Below are positions 53,950 to 64,000 of a stretch of 64,000 nt of DNA, piece by piece; positions within the stretch are counted from its first letter, which is position 1; the number at the start of each line of letters is the position of its first letter. This DNA comes from an uncultured Holophagales bacterium. Its GTDB lineage: Bacteria > Acidobacteriota > Thermoanaerobaculia > Multivoradales > UBA5704. The stretch spans positions 992,001 through 1,056,000 of the forward strand of contig CAWJGT010000009.1 in NCBI GenBank assembly GCA_963842525.1, given 5' to 3'. The position numbers and the translations under genes were made by a program. A model generated the notes under the pieces. That model saw only the letters and a program-made list of their open reading frames with translations, was not told where the DNA came from and did no database searches.

Positions 53950-54841
53950 GGACGTCCACCACTAGCCCCGTCTGCAGCCGTCCCTGCATCTCCGGGGTGG
54001 GCTCGAGGCGGGCTTCGACGAAGACCATCTGCGAGGCGGTGTCGACTTCCGGGGCGATGCGCTCGATGCGGCCGGGGACGGCGATTCCGAGGCCGCGCAC
54101 CCGGGCGGTCACCCGTGAGCCGGGGGAGAGGCGCCGCGCTTCCTCGGGTGGCACGGCGGTGCGGACCATCAGATCGCCGCCGCTGATCAGCCGCGCGATC
54201 GGCGTGCCGGGGCCGACCAGGGCGCCAGGATCGACGAAGCGCTCGGCCACCCGGCCGGCGAATGGGGCGCGGATCTCCGTCTGGCCCAGGGTCGTCTGGA
54301 GCTGGCGCACCCGGGCGCGCTGTTCGGACACCCGCGCCTGCGCCACTTCCAGCGCGGAGGCGGCGGTCTTGGCGCGCAGCTCCGCATCGGCCAGGTCCTC
54401 CTTGGAGAAGAAGTCGGGATTGGCCTGGCGCCGCTCGTGCCGTGCTCGCGCCTCCTTGAGCTCGGCATCGGCCCGCTCGGCGTCGGCCTCCGCCGCGCGT
54501 AGGGACGAGCGGGCCATCTCCAGATCCTGCTGGGCGAGGCGTGTGTCCAACGTCGCGATCCGGTCGCCGGGACGCACCGTGTCCCCGATTTGCACGTAGA
54601 CTGCCGAGAGCCGGCCCGGCGACTCCGCCGTCACGTCGACCGACTCGCGGGAGATGATCACGCCCACCCACCCCTTGCGAGGGGCGGGCACGGGGCGGGG
54701 CGGAGGGGCGTTCAGGGATGGTCCCGTCGAGGCCTGTGGCTCGGTAGGTGGCCCGGACGGCGCGCGGTCACGGCAGGCCCCAACTGCCCCCGCCAACAGG
54801 GCGAGAACGAGCAGGGTGCGGGTCGGATGGAGCGAACGCAT
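53939..54841 (-). CDS. Efflux periplasmic adaptor (HlyD/MFP)
   Basis: Lipoprotein-like signal (GAVGAC), GDTVRPGD, coiled-coil hairpin, IRAPFAGRV, GRIERIAP. Confidence 0.85.
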   Translation of the reverse strand: MRSLHPTRTLLVLALLAGAVGACRDRAPSGPPTEPQASTGPSLNAPPPRPVPAPRKGWVGVIISRESVDVTAESPGRLSAVYVQIGDTVRPGDRIATLDTRLAQQDLEMARSSLRAAEADAERADAELKEARARHERRQANPDFFSKEDLADAELRAKTAASALEVAQARVSEQRARVRQLQTTLGQTEIRAPFAGRVAERFVDPGALVGPGTPIARLISGGDLMVRTAVPPEEARRLSPGSRVTARVRGLGIAVPGRIERIAPEVDTASQMVFVEARLEPTPEMQGRLQTGLVVDVLTP

Positions 54842-54877
54842 CCGGAGCATCTTACAATCCCGGACAGGAGAAACCCG

Positions 54878-55789
54878 ATGCGACCGACCTGGATGACGCT
54901 TTTCTCGTTCCTGCTCCTCGTGTTTTCGCCTGCCGCCCGGGCGCAGGGTCCCGCGCCACTACCCCCCTCGTGCGAGCCTGCCGAGGGTCTCGCCCCTCTG
55001 CTCGGCACGAGGACCGTCCTGCTCCTCGGCGAGATGCACGGCACCGAGCAGAGCCCGCGATTCGTCGGCATGGCGGTCTGCCATGCGCTGCGCAAGGGAC
55101 TCCCGGTCACGGTCGCACTGGAGATCCCGCGCGGCGAGGAGCCGGCGGGGGAGGCATTCCTCGCTTCGGCAGGGACGGACCAGGACCGCGCCGCCCTCCT
55201 GACGTCGCCGTTCTGGAACCGCGACTACCAGGACGGCCGCTCCAGCCATGCCATGCTCGCCCTGATCGGCTATCTGCGCGGCCTCGTCCGCGCCGGCTTT
55301 CCGGTGCGGATGCGGTGGATTGACGTCGAGGAGCCGATGGAGCCCCGGCTGCGCGACCGCAAGATGGCGGAGCGGATCGTCGAGCTGACCGCCGAACGGG
55401 AAGGCTTCATCGTCGTGCTCACCGGCAACCTGCACAACCGGATGATCAAGGGGACCCCCTTCAATAAGGACTTCGAGCCCATGGGCTGGGCCCTCACGCA
55501 GCTCCGCCCCAGAGCCCGGATCATCTCGCTCGACGTGTCCTACTCCGATGGCCAGGCCTGGGCCTGCATGCAGACTGAGAAGGCGCCGCAAGGGGAGTGC
55601 GGCGTCTGGCCCATGCGCGCCTATGGCAAAGGCCAGGGCACGGCCCTGCGCGTCATCTTCGCCGATACGATGAGCGAGTCCGGACACCATGGGTATTACT
55701 ACATCGGTGCGATCACCGCGTCGTCGCCGGCTGTGCCGCCGAAAGAGAAGCCGGTGGAGCCGGCTGCAGGTGCGGTGCACCATGTCTGA
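54878..55789 (+). CDS. Secreted protein, EreA/ChaN/TIKI-like fold
   Basis: Signal peptide; LLLGEMHGT, ALEIP, RDRKMA, LTGNLH. Confidence 0.65.
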   Translation: MRPTWMTLFSFLLLVFSPAARAQGPAPLPPSCEPAEGLAPLLGTRTVLLLGEMHGTEQSPRFVGMAVCHALRKGLPVTVALEIPRGEEPAGEAFLASAGTDQDRAALLTSPFWNRDYQDGRSSHAMLALIGYLRGLVRAGFPVRMRWIDVEEPMEPRLRDRKMAERIVELTAEREGFIVVLTGNLHNRMIKGTPFNKDFEPMGWALTQLRPRARIISLDVSYSDGQAWACMQTEKAPQGECGVWPMRAYGKGQGTALRVIFADTMSESGHHGYYYIGAITASSPAVPPKEKPVEPAAGAVHHV

Positions 55790-58484
55790 TCCGCAATCGA
55801 CAAGCGCCGCGAGCCCTGAACAGCCACGGCAGATCCAGGTTGTCGTCACCGGCGACGTGACCATGGACTGGAATCTGGCCCGCATCTCGGAAACCGAGGC
55901 TGTCGGTCAGCCCTGGAAGGCCACTGACAGCATTCGGATCTATGGGCAAGCGGGAGGCGCGGCCCTTCTGGGGAGTCTCATCGAAGAGATCGCCGACGAG
56001 CTGAAGAGCCTGAACGTCTTTTCTGAGGTGCGGAGCGTAGAAGTCGCGCCGGTCCAGGGCGGTGATAAGCACCATTCTCATTCCTATGCGATCTGGAGGT
56101 TGTTCGACAGCGAGCGAGGAAAGAAGGGGGAGGCGGTCTGGCGCGTCGCGGACTTCATGGGGCTTGATCCACCCTCCGCGCCGGAGTGGCGGACCGTGGA
56201 GGACCTCGCCGGCCCCGACCTCGTGGTCCTTGACGACGCGAATCTGGGGTTTCGCTCGCAGGCCGCGGTTTGGCCACAAGCCGTGAAGTCCCCTGGGCAG
56301 AAGCGGCCGTGGGTGCTCCTCAAGATGGCTCATCCGGTTGCCCAGGGAGATCTCTGGAGCCGCCTCTACGACGACTTCGCGGATCGGCTGATCGTGGTCA
56401 TGGCGATCAACGATCTGCGCCAGCAAGAGGTTCATGTCAGCCGGGCGCTGTCGTGGGAAAAGACCGCGCAGGGCCTCGTCCAGGAGCTGCGCCGCAACCC
56501 GCCGATCAATGCCCTCTCCCGGTGCGCCCATGTGGTGATCTCCCTGGGAACCGAAGGAGCCTTCCTGCTCTCCAATCCGCGGACCGAGGGTCCCGCCCCC
56601 GCAGCGGCCGAGCTCGATGCCCGACTGTTCTTCGATCCCGAGGAGATCGAGGGGACCTGGGCGGAGAAACGGCCGGGCGGCGTCATCGGCTACACCTTGA
56701 CCTTGACCGCAGCCCTGGCCTGCCAGATCCTGCGCAACCCGGACAGCCCCAACCTGGGGAGGGGGGTCCAGCGCGGCCTCGCAGCCATCCGCAAGCTCCA
56801 TCTGGACGGCTATGGCCAGCCCGGCGCTGTCTCCTCCTCCCAAGCCAGGCTGGCCTTTCCCATCAAGGCCATCGCGGCCGAGGTGATCAAGGAGGATGAG
56901 CCCTTCCCGGTCGCGGAGGTCCCGGAGATCCCTTCCTCGCCGGCCCCGGGCGCGCAGCAATCCGGGGTATGGACGATCCTTGGCGATGCGTTTCCCGAAG
57001 GAATGGAGGCGCTGGCCGAGCAGATCGTCCTCGAGGGGGAGAGGCGGGCCTTGCGGAGCGTGCCCCTGGGGCGCTTTGGCGGCCTCCTGACCGTCGACCG
57101 TCAGGAGATCGAGGGGTACAGGAGCATCGGTGTCCTGATCGAGGAATATTGCCGCAACACCCGTCTCCAAACCCCTCTCTCGGTGGCGGTGTTCGGTGCT
57201 CCAGGGTCAGGCAAATCCTTCGGGATCACCGAAATGGCCAAGTCCCTGGCCTCGGCCAATATCGAGAAACGGACCTTCAACCTGTCCCAGTTCGAGCGCC
57301 CCGATCAGCTCCTGGGGGCCTTCCATCAGGTGCGCGATCTGGCGCTCTCCGGGAAGATGCCCCTCGTCTTCTGGGACGAGTTCGATAGCTCCCTTGGCCA
57401 ACAACCTCTGGGATGGCTGGCCTACTTTCTCTCGCCCATGCAGGACGGAACTTTTCAGGAGGGTCAGATCACCCACCCGATCGGTCGCGCGATCTTCGTC
57501 TTTGCCGGCGGCACCTGCGAGAGGATGGAGGATTTCGGCAACCCCAGGGAAGACTCCCAGCAGAGGATCAATTTCCGCGACGTCAAGGGTCCGGACTTCG
57601 TCAGCCGGCTCAAGGGGTACATCAATGTCCTGGGCCCCAACCCGTGCGGCAATGAAGCCGGAAGCGACCCATACTACGTGATTCGCCGCGCCCTCCTGCT
57701 GCGCTCGATGCTGCTTCGGCAGGCCTCCCGGCTCGTGCAAAAAACCGATGGGAGAGACGTCCTGGACATCGATCCCGGAGTGCTGCGGGCGTTTCTCTTC
57801 ACGCGAAAGTACAACCACGGAGCGCGCTCCATGGAAGCGATCACCGCCATGAGCTCGTTGGCGGGGAGAACACGGTTCGAACGTTCCTGCCTTCCGCCGA
57901 CGGCCCAACTTGCCCTGCACGTCGACGAAGTCGACTTCATGGATCGGGTGACGCGGACCGAGCTGGACCGGTCGCTTCTGGAGCAGTTGGCCCGGGCCAT
58001 TCACCAGGAGTTCTGTAACAATCTCCGCAGGCAGGTAAAGACAGAGCACAGCTCCCTCGTCGACTTCGATGATCTGCCCGAAGACGAGAAAGCACAAAAC
58101 CGCGGCAACGCCCGCGATCTGGTGAACAAGCTGGCTGCTGCTGGCTACCTGATGATCCGCGCCCGTACATCAGAACCGCCTTTTCGGTTCTCCCCGCAGG
58201 AAGTGGAGCCCCTCGCCGAGATGGAGCACGAGCGTTGGCTGCGCATGAAGCTGAATGCTGGATGGCGATGGGCCGAGAAGACCGATAAGCCGCGCAAGCG
58301 CCACAAGGATCTTGTTCTCTGGAAGGCGCTGTCTCCAGAAGAGAGGCTTCAAAAGTACAAGGGCGAGGCCGATCACATAGGGCCGGGAGAGCTCGCCGAG
58401 GAAGACAAGGAAAAGAACCGGGACATGATCCGGAGCAGTGCCAACGTCCTTGCCGGGATCAACTATACGGTGACTCGTGTCTGA
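55782..58484 (+). CDS. PfkB-like / P-loop ATPase / RyR-domain fusion protein
   Basis: VVVTGDVTMDW N-term; GAPGSGKS, LVFWDEFD, DFVSRL; C-term LVDFDDLPEDEKAQNR, LAEMEHERW..GWRW..HKDLVLW. Confidence 0.8.
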   Translation: MSDPQSTSAASPEQPRQIQVVVTGDVTMDWNLARISETEAVGQPWKATDSIRIYGQAGGAALLGSLIEEIADELKSLNVFSEVRSVEVAPVQGGDKHHSHSYAIWRLFDSERGKKGEAVWRVADFMGLDPPSAPEWRTVEDLAGPDLVVLDDANLGFRSQAAVWPQAVKSPGQKRPWVLLKMAHPVAQGDLWSRLYDDFADRLIVVMAINDLRQQEVHVSRALSWEKTAQGLVQELRRNPPINALSRCAHVVISLGTEGAFLLSNPRTEGPAPAAAELDARLFFDPEEIEGTWAEKRPGGVIGYTLTLTAALACQILRNPDSPNLGRGVQRGLAAIRKLHLDGYGQPGAVSSSQARLAFPIKAIAAEVIKEDEPFPVAEVPEIPSSPAPGAQQSGVWTILGDAFPEGMEALAEQIVLEGERRALRSVPLGRFGGLLTVDRQEIEGYRSIGVLIEEYCRNTRLQTPLSVAVFGAPGSGKSFGITEMAKSLASANIEKRTFNLSQFERPDQLLGAFHQVRDLALSGKMPLVFWDEFDSSLGQQPLGWLAYFLSPMQDGTFQEGQITHPIGRAIFVFAGGTCERMEDFGNPREDSQQRINFRDVKGPDFVSRLKGYINVLGPNPCGNEAGSDPYYVIRRALLLRSMLLRQASRLVQKTDGRDVLDIDPGVLRAFLFTRKYNHGARSMEAITAMSSLAGRTRFERSCLPPTAQLALHVDEVDFMDRVTRTELDRSLLEQLARAIHQEFCNNLRRQVKTEHSSLVDFDDLPEDEKAQNRGNARDLVNKLAAAGYLMIRARTSEPPFRFSPQEVEPLAEMEHERWLRMKLNAGWRWAEKTDKPRKRHKDLVLWKALSPEERLQKYKGEADHIGPGELAEEDKEKNRDMIRSSANVLAGINYTVTRV

Positions 58485-58729
58485 ATTCTACTTGCCAGAT
58501 TGCACAACGGCGTCTCTCGAGGATTTGCTGGGAGCGCCCCGCTGCTAAGGTCGCAGCAGCCCTGAAGGAGCCCGGCGCGGAGATCGGAGCGGACGGGTTG
58601 TTTCCTCCTACCGTCCCCGCCCCCGGCGCCTCCAGACCGGCGCTCCACACTTCCAAGCAAACCTCCGGCCCTTTCCTGCGTACAGAGTCGAAACGGCGTT
58701 CGACGCGCCCCCTCGCGAGGAGGAAATCC

Positions 58730-59881
58730 ATGCTGCGAAACCCGCTTCGTCTCCTGTCCCTCCTGGTCCTGACCGCATTGCTCGCCGCGCCGGCCGCAGC
58801 GCAGTGGCGCGGCATCGCCCTGCCCCCGGACGGCGACAACCAGCTCTCCTCGGTCACCCAGGGCATCGGCCCGGTGCGCGTGACCATCGAGTATCACAGC
58901 CCCGACGTCCACACCCCCGCGGGCGCGGACCGCCGGGGCAAGGTCTGGGGCGCCCTGGTGCCCTATGGGATGGCCAACCTCGGCTTCGGCACCTGCGGCG
59001 ACCAGTGCCCCTGGCGCGGCGGCGCCAACGAGAACACCGTGCTCACCACGAGCCACGACATCAAGGTCCAGGGACAGCCTCTGCCGGCGGGCACCTATGG
59101 CCTCCATTTCCTCCCCGGGGAACAGGAGTGGACGGTCATCTTCTCGAAGAACCACACTTCGTGGGGGAGCTTCACCTACGACGCGAAGGAGGACGCTCTG
59201 CGCGTCCAGGCGAAGCCCGAGAAGAGCGACTACCACGAGTGGCTGAGCTACGAGTTCACCGACCGCCGTCCGGACCGCGCCACGGTCGCCCTCAAGTGGG
59301 AGGACCTCCAGGTCCCCTTCACCCTCTCCGTCGACAACGTGACGGACCTCTACGTGGACAACCTGCGCAAGGACCTGCGTTCGGACCCTGGCTTCCCCTG
59401 GCAGAACTGGGTCGCGGCGGCGCGCTACTGCCTGGACAACAAGACGAACCTGCAGGAGGCCCTGGTCTGGGCCGATCACGCTGCCCACATGCCGGGCATC
59501 GGTGTGGAGAACTTCGCCACCCTCACCACCCTGGCCGATCTCCAGACCGCCAACGGCAAGGCCGACGATGCGCGCAAGACCATGGAGCAGGCGCTCAACC
59601 ACCGCACCGCCGGTCCCCTCGACATCCATCTCTATGGCCGCCAGCTCCAGCAGCAGCAGAAGAACGAAGAGGCCATGAAGGTCTTCGAGCTGAACGCGAA
59701 GCGGTTCCCGAACCAGTGGCCGGTGCATGTGGGCCTCGCCCGCGGCCACTTCGCTCTCGGCCACAAGCAGGAGGCGCTCGCCGAAGCCCGCCTCGCTCTC
59801 CCGCAGGCGCCGGACGAGCCCAACCGCAACTCGGTCCAGACCCTCATCCAGCAGATCGAGGCGTCCGGGGCTTCGAAGTAG
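58730..59881 (+). CDS. Secreted DUF2911-domain protein with C-terminal TPR-like helices
   Basis: VTIEYHSP, VWGALVPYG, WRGGANENT, LPAGTYGL. Confidence 0.85.
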   Translation: MLRNPLRLLSLLVLTALLAAPAAAQWRGIALPPDGDNQLSSVTQGIGPVRVTIEYHSPDVHTPAGADRRGKVWGALVPYGMANLGFGTCGDQCPWRGGANENTVLTTSHDIKVQGQPLPAGTYGLHFLPGEQEWTVIFSKNHTSWGSFTYDAKEDALRVQAKPEKSDYHEWLSYEFTDRRPDRATVALKWEDLQVPFTLSVDNVTDLYVDNLRKDLRSDPGFPWQNWVAAARYCLDNKTNLQEALVWADHAAHMPGIGVENFATLTTLADLQTANGKADDARKTMEQALNHRTAGPLDIHLYGRQLQQQQKNEEAMKVFELNAKRFPNQWPVHVGLARGHFALGHKQEALAEARLALPQAPDEPNRNSVQTLIQQIEASGASK

Positions 59882-59935
59882 CGGGGAGAAGGCTGCAGCA
59901 GGACGGGACGGTCGGCGGGGATAGAATCGCGGGAC

Positions 59936-60496
59936 ATGATCTCCGCCGACCGCCTGCCGACCCTCACCGCGTCCCGGGTCTGCCTGCGGTGGCTGACCGA
60001 GGACGACGTGGAGGCGCTCTTCGCGATCTTTTCCGATCCCGAGGTGATGCGCTTCTGGAGCTCGCCGCCGCTTGCCGAGGTGAGCGGCGCCCGAGAGCTC
60101 CTCGATCACATCCACGCATGCTTCCTGCGGCGGGAGCTCTTCCAGTGGGGCGTCGCGCGCCGCAGCGACGACCTGGTGATCGGGACCTGCACGCTGTACC
60201 ACCTCGACGCCGGCAACGGCCGCGCCGAGATCGGCTTCGCGCTCGGCCGTGAGCACTGGGGGAACGGCTACATCGGCGAGGCCCTGCGGACCCTGCTCGA
60301 CTTCGCGTTCGGAGAGCTCGGCCTCTACCGGCTCGAAGCCGACGTGGATCCCCGGAATGAAGCTTCGATCCGAACCCTGGAGCGCCTCGGTTTTCAGAAG
60401 GAAGGCCTGCTGCGGGAGCGGTGGCGGGTCGACGGAGGGGTCCAGGACTCCCTCTTCCTGGGCCTGTTGCGACGAGAGTGGGCCGGCAGGGCCTGA
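59936..60496 (+). CDS. RimJ/RimL GNAT N-acetyltransferase
   Basis: AEIGFAL..HWGNGY, DPRNEASIRTLERLGFQKEG. Confidence 0.9.
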   Translation: MISADRLPTLTASRVCLRWLTEDDVEALFAIFSDPEVMRFWSSPPLAEVSGARELLDHIHACFLRRELFQWGVARRSDDLVIGTCTLYHLDAGNGRAEIGFALGREHWGNGYIGEALRTLLDFAFGELGLYRLEADVDPRNEASIRTLERLGFQKEGLLRERWRVDGGVQDSLFLGLLRREWAGRA

Positions 60497-60554
60497 GCCG
60501 ATTTCTCGGAGAATTCAGGTTCGCGGCCGTCTAACTTCTGCTGGGAGGATCTCT

Positions 60555-61714
60555 ATGAAACTACGCAGCCGCTGGTTCCTGAAGCAGACGTCGGGGAGGA
60601 AGGAGGAGTCTTCCGCGGAAATCGTGGCCCAGGCTCGCCGGAAGTCCGTCGCGGACGCTCCCGGCGATGCGAAGTGGGAGCTGGCCGGCCCTACCAACGT
60701 CGGCGGTCGTATGACCTGCCTCGTGTGCCATCCCGACAAGCCGGACGTGATCTGGGCCGGATCGGCGGCAGGCGGGGTCTGGAAGAGTGAGACCGCGGGA
60801 GCGGATTGGAGGATGTGCTGGGACGACCAGGAGAAGAGCCTCAACATCGGCGCGCTCGCTCTCGATCCCGGCAATCCGGACCTCCTGTACTGCGGGACGG
60901 GGGAGGCCAACCTGACGTTCGACTCCTATCCGGGAGTCGGCCTGTACCGGTCGCTGGACGGAGGACTATGCTGGAAGCGCCTGGCCTTCGCGCAAAAAGG
61001 AGAGGTTCCGCCCCGGATCGGAGTCATAGCGATCGATCCCTTTGACTCCAAACGTCTCCTGGTCGGCGGAGTAGGCTCCAAGCCTGAGGAGCCTCAGAAA
61101 GCCCTGGGAGGCTTGTACGTATCCACCGATTCTGGCGCCACATGGGTGCGGGACGTTTCATTCTTCCCCGACGGCGACTACCAGTGCCACTCGATCGTCT
61201 TCCACCCGAGCCAGCAGGGAGTGGTGACCTCGACATCGCCCCCGATCCGCGGTACGTCTATGCCGCCACCGAGGCCGGAGGTTTCTACCGGAGCCGGAAT
61301 GGGGGGGATACCTGGACTGAGAACCTTGCGGGTGCGAAACTCCCGAACCAGATGATCACACGGATCGAGACGAGCCCGGACAGTGCGGACGACCTGTTCG
61401 TCACGGTGGCGGGCTTCGGGCATCACCATGTCTTCCGCTCTTCCAATGGGGGCTGGTCTTGGGAGGACGCGGACCGCGGCGGCCTGCCGGATGTGCCCTT
61501 CAATGCCGCGGTGATCCCGCCCAACAATACGAAGACGGTCTACGTCTGTGGGGATGCCGGAGTTTTCGTCTCGTTCGATCGGGGCGGCACATGGATGAAC
61601 CTGACACGGAATCTTCCCAATGTGAGGATCACGGACCTCGTCTACGTCGAAAACGAGAACACCCTCTTCGCGGCTACGTATGGACGAAGTCTCTGGCGGC
61701 TCCGGCTCGCTTGA
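60555..61714 (+). pseudogene. BNR/Asp-box beta-propeller protein, frame-broken and probably internally deleted near 61222
   Basis: WELAGPTNVGGR, GTGE, GLYRSLDGG, STDSGATW in one frame; YRSRNGGDTW, SFDRGGTW, AATYGRSLW in another. Confidence 0.7.
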
Positions 61715-61825
61715 GCCGTGCTCCTCTCGTCTCGCCCTGGGGCCTGATGGGGGCTGTGTGCCTGTTGTATCCTCATTTCGTGCGATTGTTCGCCTCAGGA
61801 GCGCGACCTCTTCCTGGAGACTTCG

Positions 61826-62050
61826 ATGATCACGGAATACTACGTGTGCTACGGGACCACCACGGCCGAGCTGATCGAGGCCGTCAATGCGGCGATCCAG
61901 AATGGCTGGCAGCCTCTGGGGGGTATTGCGATGAGCACTCGCTGGAGCGACAACCTCGGGCACGGTGTCCCGCGAGGGGAGCTTCTGGTGCAGGCCGTCG
62001 TGCGCACGCGGAACCCCGAGGGACCCGCCGGCCCGGAGACCGTCCCATGA
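61826..62050 (+). CDS. DUF1737-like small protein
   Basis: ELIEAVNAAIQNGWQPLGGI...LVQAVVR; GGAG RBS. Confidence 0.65.
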   Translation: MITEYYVCYGTTTAELIEAVNAAIQNGWQPLGGIAMSTRWSDNLGHGVPRGELLVQAVVRTRNPEGPAGPETVP

Positions 62051-63882
62051 GCGAGCGGCTCGCCACCGGCTCCCTGGTCCTGCTCTTCCTGGTCCTGGGC
62101 GCGGCTAGCGGCTGGGCTGGCGAGGACGTGCCCGCGGCCCGCTTCGCCGACCCGGCGCGGCGCGAGAAGCTCGGCCGGGCTCTCCCGGTGATCGAAGCCA
62201 AGATGGAGGAAACGGTGCGGGAGCTGGGCCTTCCGGGGGCGTCCTATGGCTTGGTGATCGACGGCGAGGTGGTTCTGGTCAAGGGCGTGGGGCAGCGCGA
62301 TGTGGCTTCGAAGGCGCCGGCCGACGCGGACACCGTGTTCCGCATCGCCTCGATGACCAAGAGCTTCACCGCGCTCGCGACTCTCAAGCTGCGCGATGAC
62401 GGCAAGCTCGCCCTGGACGATCCGGTCGCCCGCTACATCCCCGAGCTGGCGGCGTGGCCGCCGCCGACGAAGGACTCGGGGCCGATCACGATCCGCCAGC
62501 TCCTGAGCCACACCGCCGGCTTCCCCGAGGACAACCCCTGGGGCGACCGGCAGCTCGACACCCCGGACGAGGAGCTCGCGGCCTGGCTGCGCGCGGGGCT
62601 CCCGTTTTCGACGGCCAGCGGCACCACGTTCGAATACTCGAACTATGGATTCGCCCTCCTCGGGCAGGTCGTTGCGCGCGTCTCCGGGATGCGCTACCAG
62701 GACTACATCAGCCGCGAGATCCTGCAGCCGCTGGGCATGACCTCGACGTATTGGGAGCCGCGGGCGGCCCCCGGCGAGCGGCTCGCCACCGGCTACCAGG
62801 GCGATGGGAGCACGGTCGAGGTGCCGCTCGCCGACGGGACCTTCGGAGCCATGGGCGGCCTGCTGACCACGGCCCGCGACCTGGGCCGTTGGGTGGCGCT
62901 GATGCTCTCGGCCTGGCCGCCGCGCGACGATCCCGAGCAGCCGCCGGCCCTGCGCCGGACCCTCCGGGAGATGCAACAGGGATCGGGGGTCTCGACGTTT
63001 TTCATGGACCGGGGCGTGCCCGGTGCGCCGCTGAACGTCCGCAATGGCAACTACGCCTTCGGCCTGGCCTCCGCCCAGGACTGCCGTGTCCGCTTCGAGG
63101 TGAGCCATGGGGGCGGCCTGCCCGGTTTCGGCTCCGACATGCGTTGGCTCCCTGAATACGGGGTCGGGATCTTCTCGATGTCCAATGTGACCTACGGCCC
63201 GGCGCGGCGCCTCACCCGCGACATGATGGCGGCGCTCGTCGAGACCGGCGGTCTCGAGCCCCGGCGCCCCACGCCAGCCCCGGCGCTGCTCCAGGCGGTG
63301 GCCGACACCGCGCGCCTCCTCGATGCCTGGGACGACGGCCGCGCGCAGGCCCTGGCGGCGGAGAACCTCTTCCTCGACCGCTCCCTGGAGGCGCGCCGTG
63401 ACGATGTCGCGAAGCTCCGCGAAGGGCTGGGGGCGTGCCGCGCCGGCGAGGTCGAAGCGGAGAACGCTCTGCGCGGCAGTTTCCGGATGACCTGCGACAA
63501 GGGCTGGCTCGACGTCGATCTCACCCTCGCGCCCACCCAGCCACCCCGGGTGCAGCAGTTGGACGTCGCCGGCGGCCGGCCGCTGTCCGACGACATGCGC
63601 CGCGCGGTGGATGCGATCGTGGCGTCGATCGTCCGTGGCAACCAGGGGCTGCGCTTGGCGCCGGGCGTGAACGCGGCCGCTCTCGGAGCTCTCCTCGAGA
63701 ACGCGCGCCTGCGCTACGGCACCTGCCGGGCCGGCGAGCCCTTGCGAGGTGACGGGTCCACGCGGACCTTCGTGAAGCTGGACTGCGACCGCGGCGCCGC
63801 GGAAATGCTCGTGAGCCTCGAGCAGGGGAAGCTGAAAGAGGTGCGCTTCGCTCCGGCGGCAGGCACGGTCTGCCCGCCCTGA
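62047..63882 (+). CDS. Serine hydrolase (class C beta-lactamase/PBP family), secreted
   Basis: FRIASMTK (SxxK), LLSHTAG, YSN, HGG. Confidence 0.9.
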   Translation: MSERLATGSLVLLFLVLGAASGWAGEDVPAARFADPARREKLGRALPVIEAKMEETVRELGLPGASYGLVIDGEVVLVKGVGQRDVASKAPADADTVFRIASMTKSFTALATLKLRDDGKLALDDPVARYIPELAAWPPPTKDSGPITIRQLLSHTAGFPEDNPWGDRQLDTPDEELAAWLRAGLPFSTASGTTFEYSNYGFALLGQVVARVSGMRYQDYISREILQPLGMTSTYWEPRAAPGERLATGYQGDGSTVEVPLADGTFGAMGGLLTTARDLGRWVALMLSAWPPRDDPEQPPALRRTLREMQQGSGVSTFFMDRGVPGAPLNVRNGNYAFGLASAQDCRVRFEVSHGGGLPGFGSDMRWLPEYGVGIFSMSNVTYGPARRLTRDMMAALVETGGLEPRRPTPAPALLQAVADTARLLDAWDDGRAQALAAENLFLDRSLEARRDDVAKLREGLGACRAGEVEAENALRGSFRMTCDKGWLDVDLTLAPTQPPRVQQLDVAGGRPLSDDMRRAVDAIVASIVRGNQGLRLAPGVNAAALGALLENARLRYGTCRAGEPLRGDGSTRTFVKLDCDRGAAEMLVSLEQGKLKEVRFAPAAGTVCPP

Positions 63883-63912
63883 CGCGGTCTCTACGTAGGG
63901 GAACGGTTGGAG

Positions 63913-64000
63913 ATGAATATGCAAATCAAGCTAGAAGTGCCGGAGCAATACCTGATCGACTGCGATCCCGACGAGCTAGGCAAGCGCCTCAAGCTATATG
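63913..64000 (+). CDS. Partial UPF0175-like (antitoxin-type) gene
   Basis: MNMQIKLEVPEQYLIDCDPDELGKRLKLY, cut by the window edge. Confidence 0.45.
   Translation, partial: MNMQIKLEVPEQYLIDCDPDELGKRLKLY

Noticed and set aside
53939-54841. HlyD-like adaptor as the lanthipeptide exporter
   Set aside because: It lies 34 kb from lanM with no peptidase-ABC partner beside it; no evidence of linkage.
1-64000. tRNA, rRNA, integrase or transposase genes
   Set aside because: None recognised by eye; a covariance-model and HMM scan would be needed to exclude them.

Overview
GC-rich bacterial DNA, most likely Acidobacteriota (inferred from an ADOP-type duplicated permease and the gene style). About half the window is a minus-strand hybrid NRPS/PKS assembly line in two blocks. 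Block 24892-46568 holds C-A(Ala)-T-E-C-T-KS-AT-T-Cy-A(Cys)-T followed by C-A(Leu-like)-T-C-A(Gly, split by a luciferase-like monooxygenase)-T. Block 3720-9805 holds KS-AT-inactive KR-ACP plus a stand-alone luciferase-like monooxygenase with a docking-type N-terminus. No thioesterase is visible. Between the blocks lie a RecQ-PRTase/DprA pair, a class II lanthipeptide locus followed by a GMC oxidoreductase pair, corA and a 63-bp tandem repeat. The most striking sequence-level signal is two families of palindromic repeats inserted in-frame inside the megasynthase genes (8 clear insertions) and translated as Pro/Gly-rich loops. Other notable items are a tandem-HEPN-like gene in an attC-flanked, integron-like cassette, a sigma54 promoter/IHF/activator module probably heading a contractile injection locus at the left edge, a PfkB-like/ATPase/RyR fusion, and many toxin-antitoxin genes and remnants. 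Several single-base frameshifts look like sequencing errors. All domain and substrate calls come from reading motifs by eye, not from database searches.
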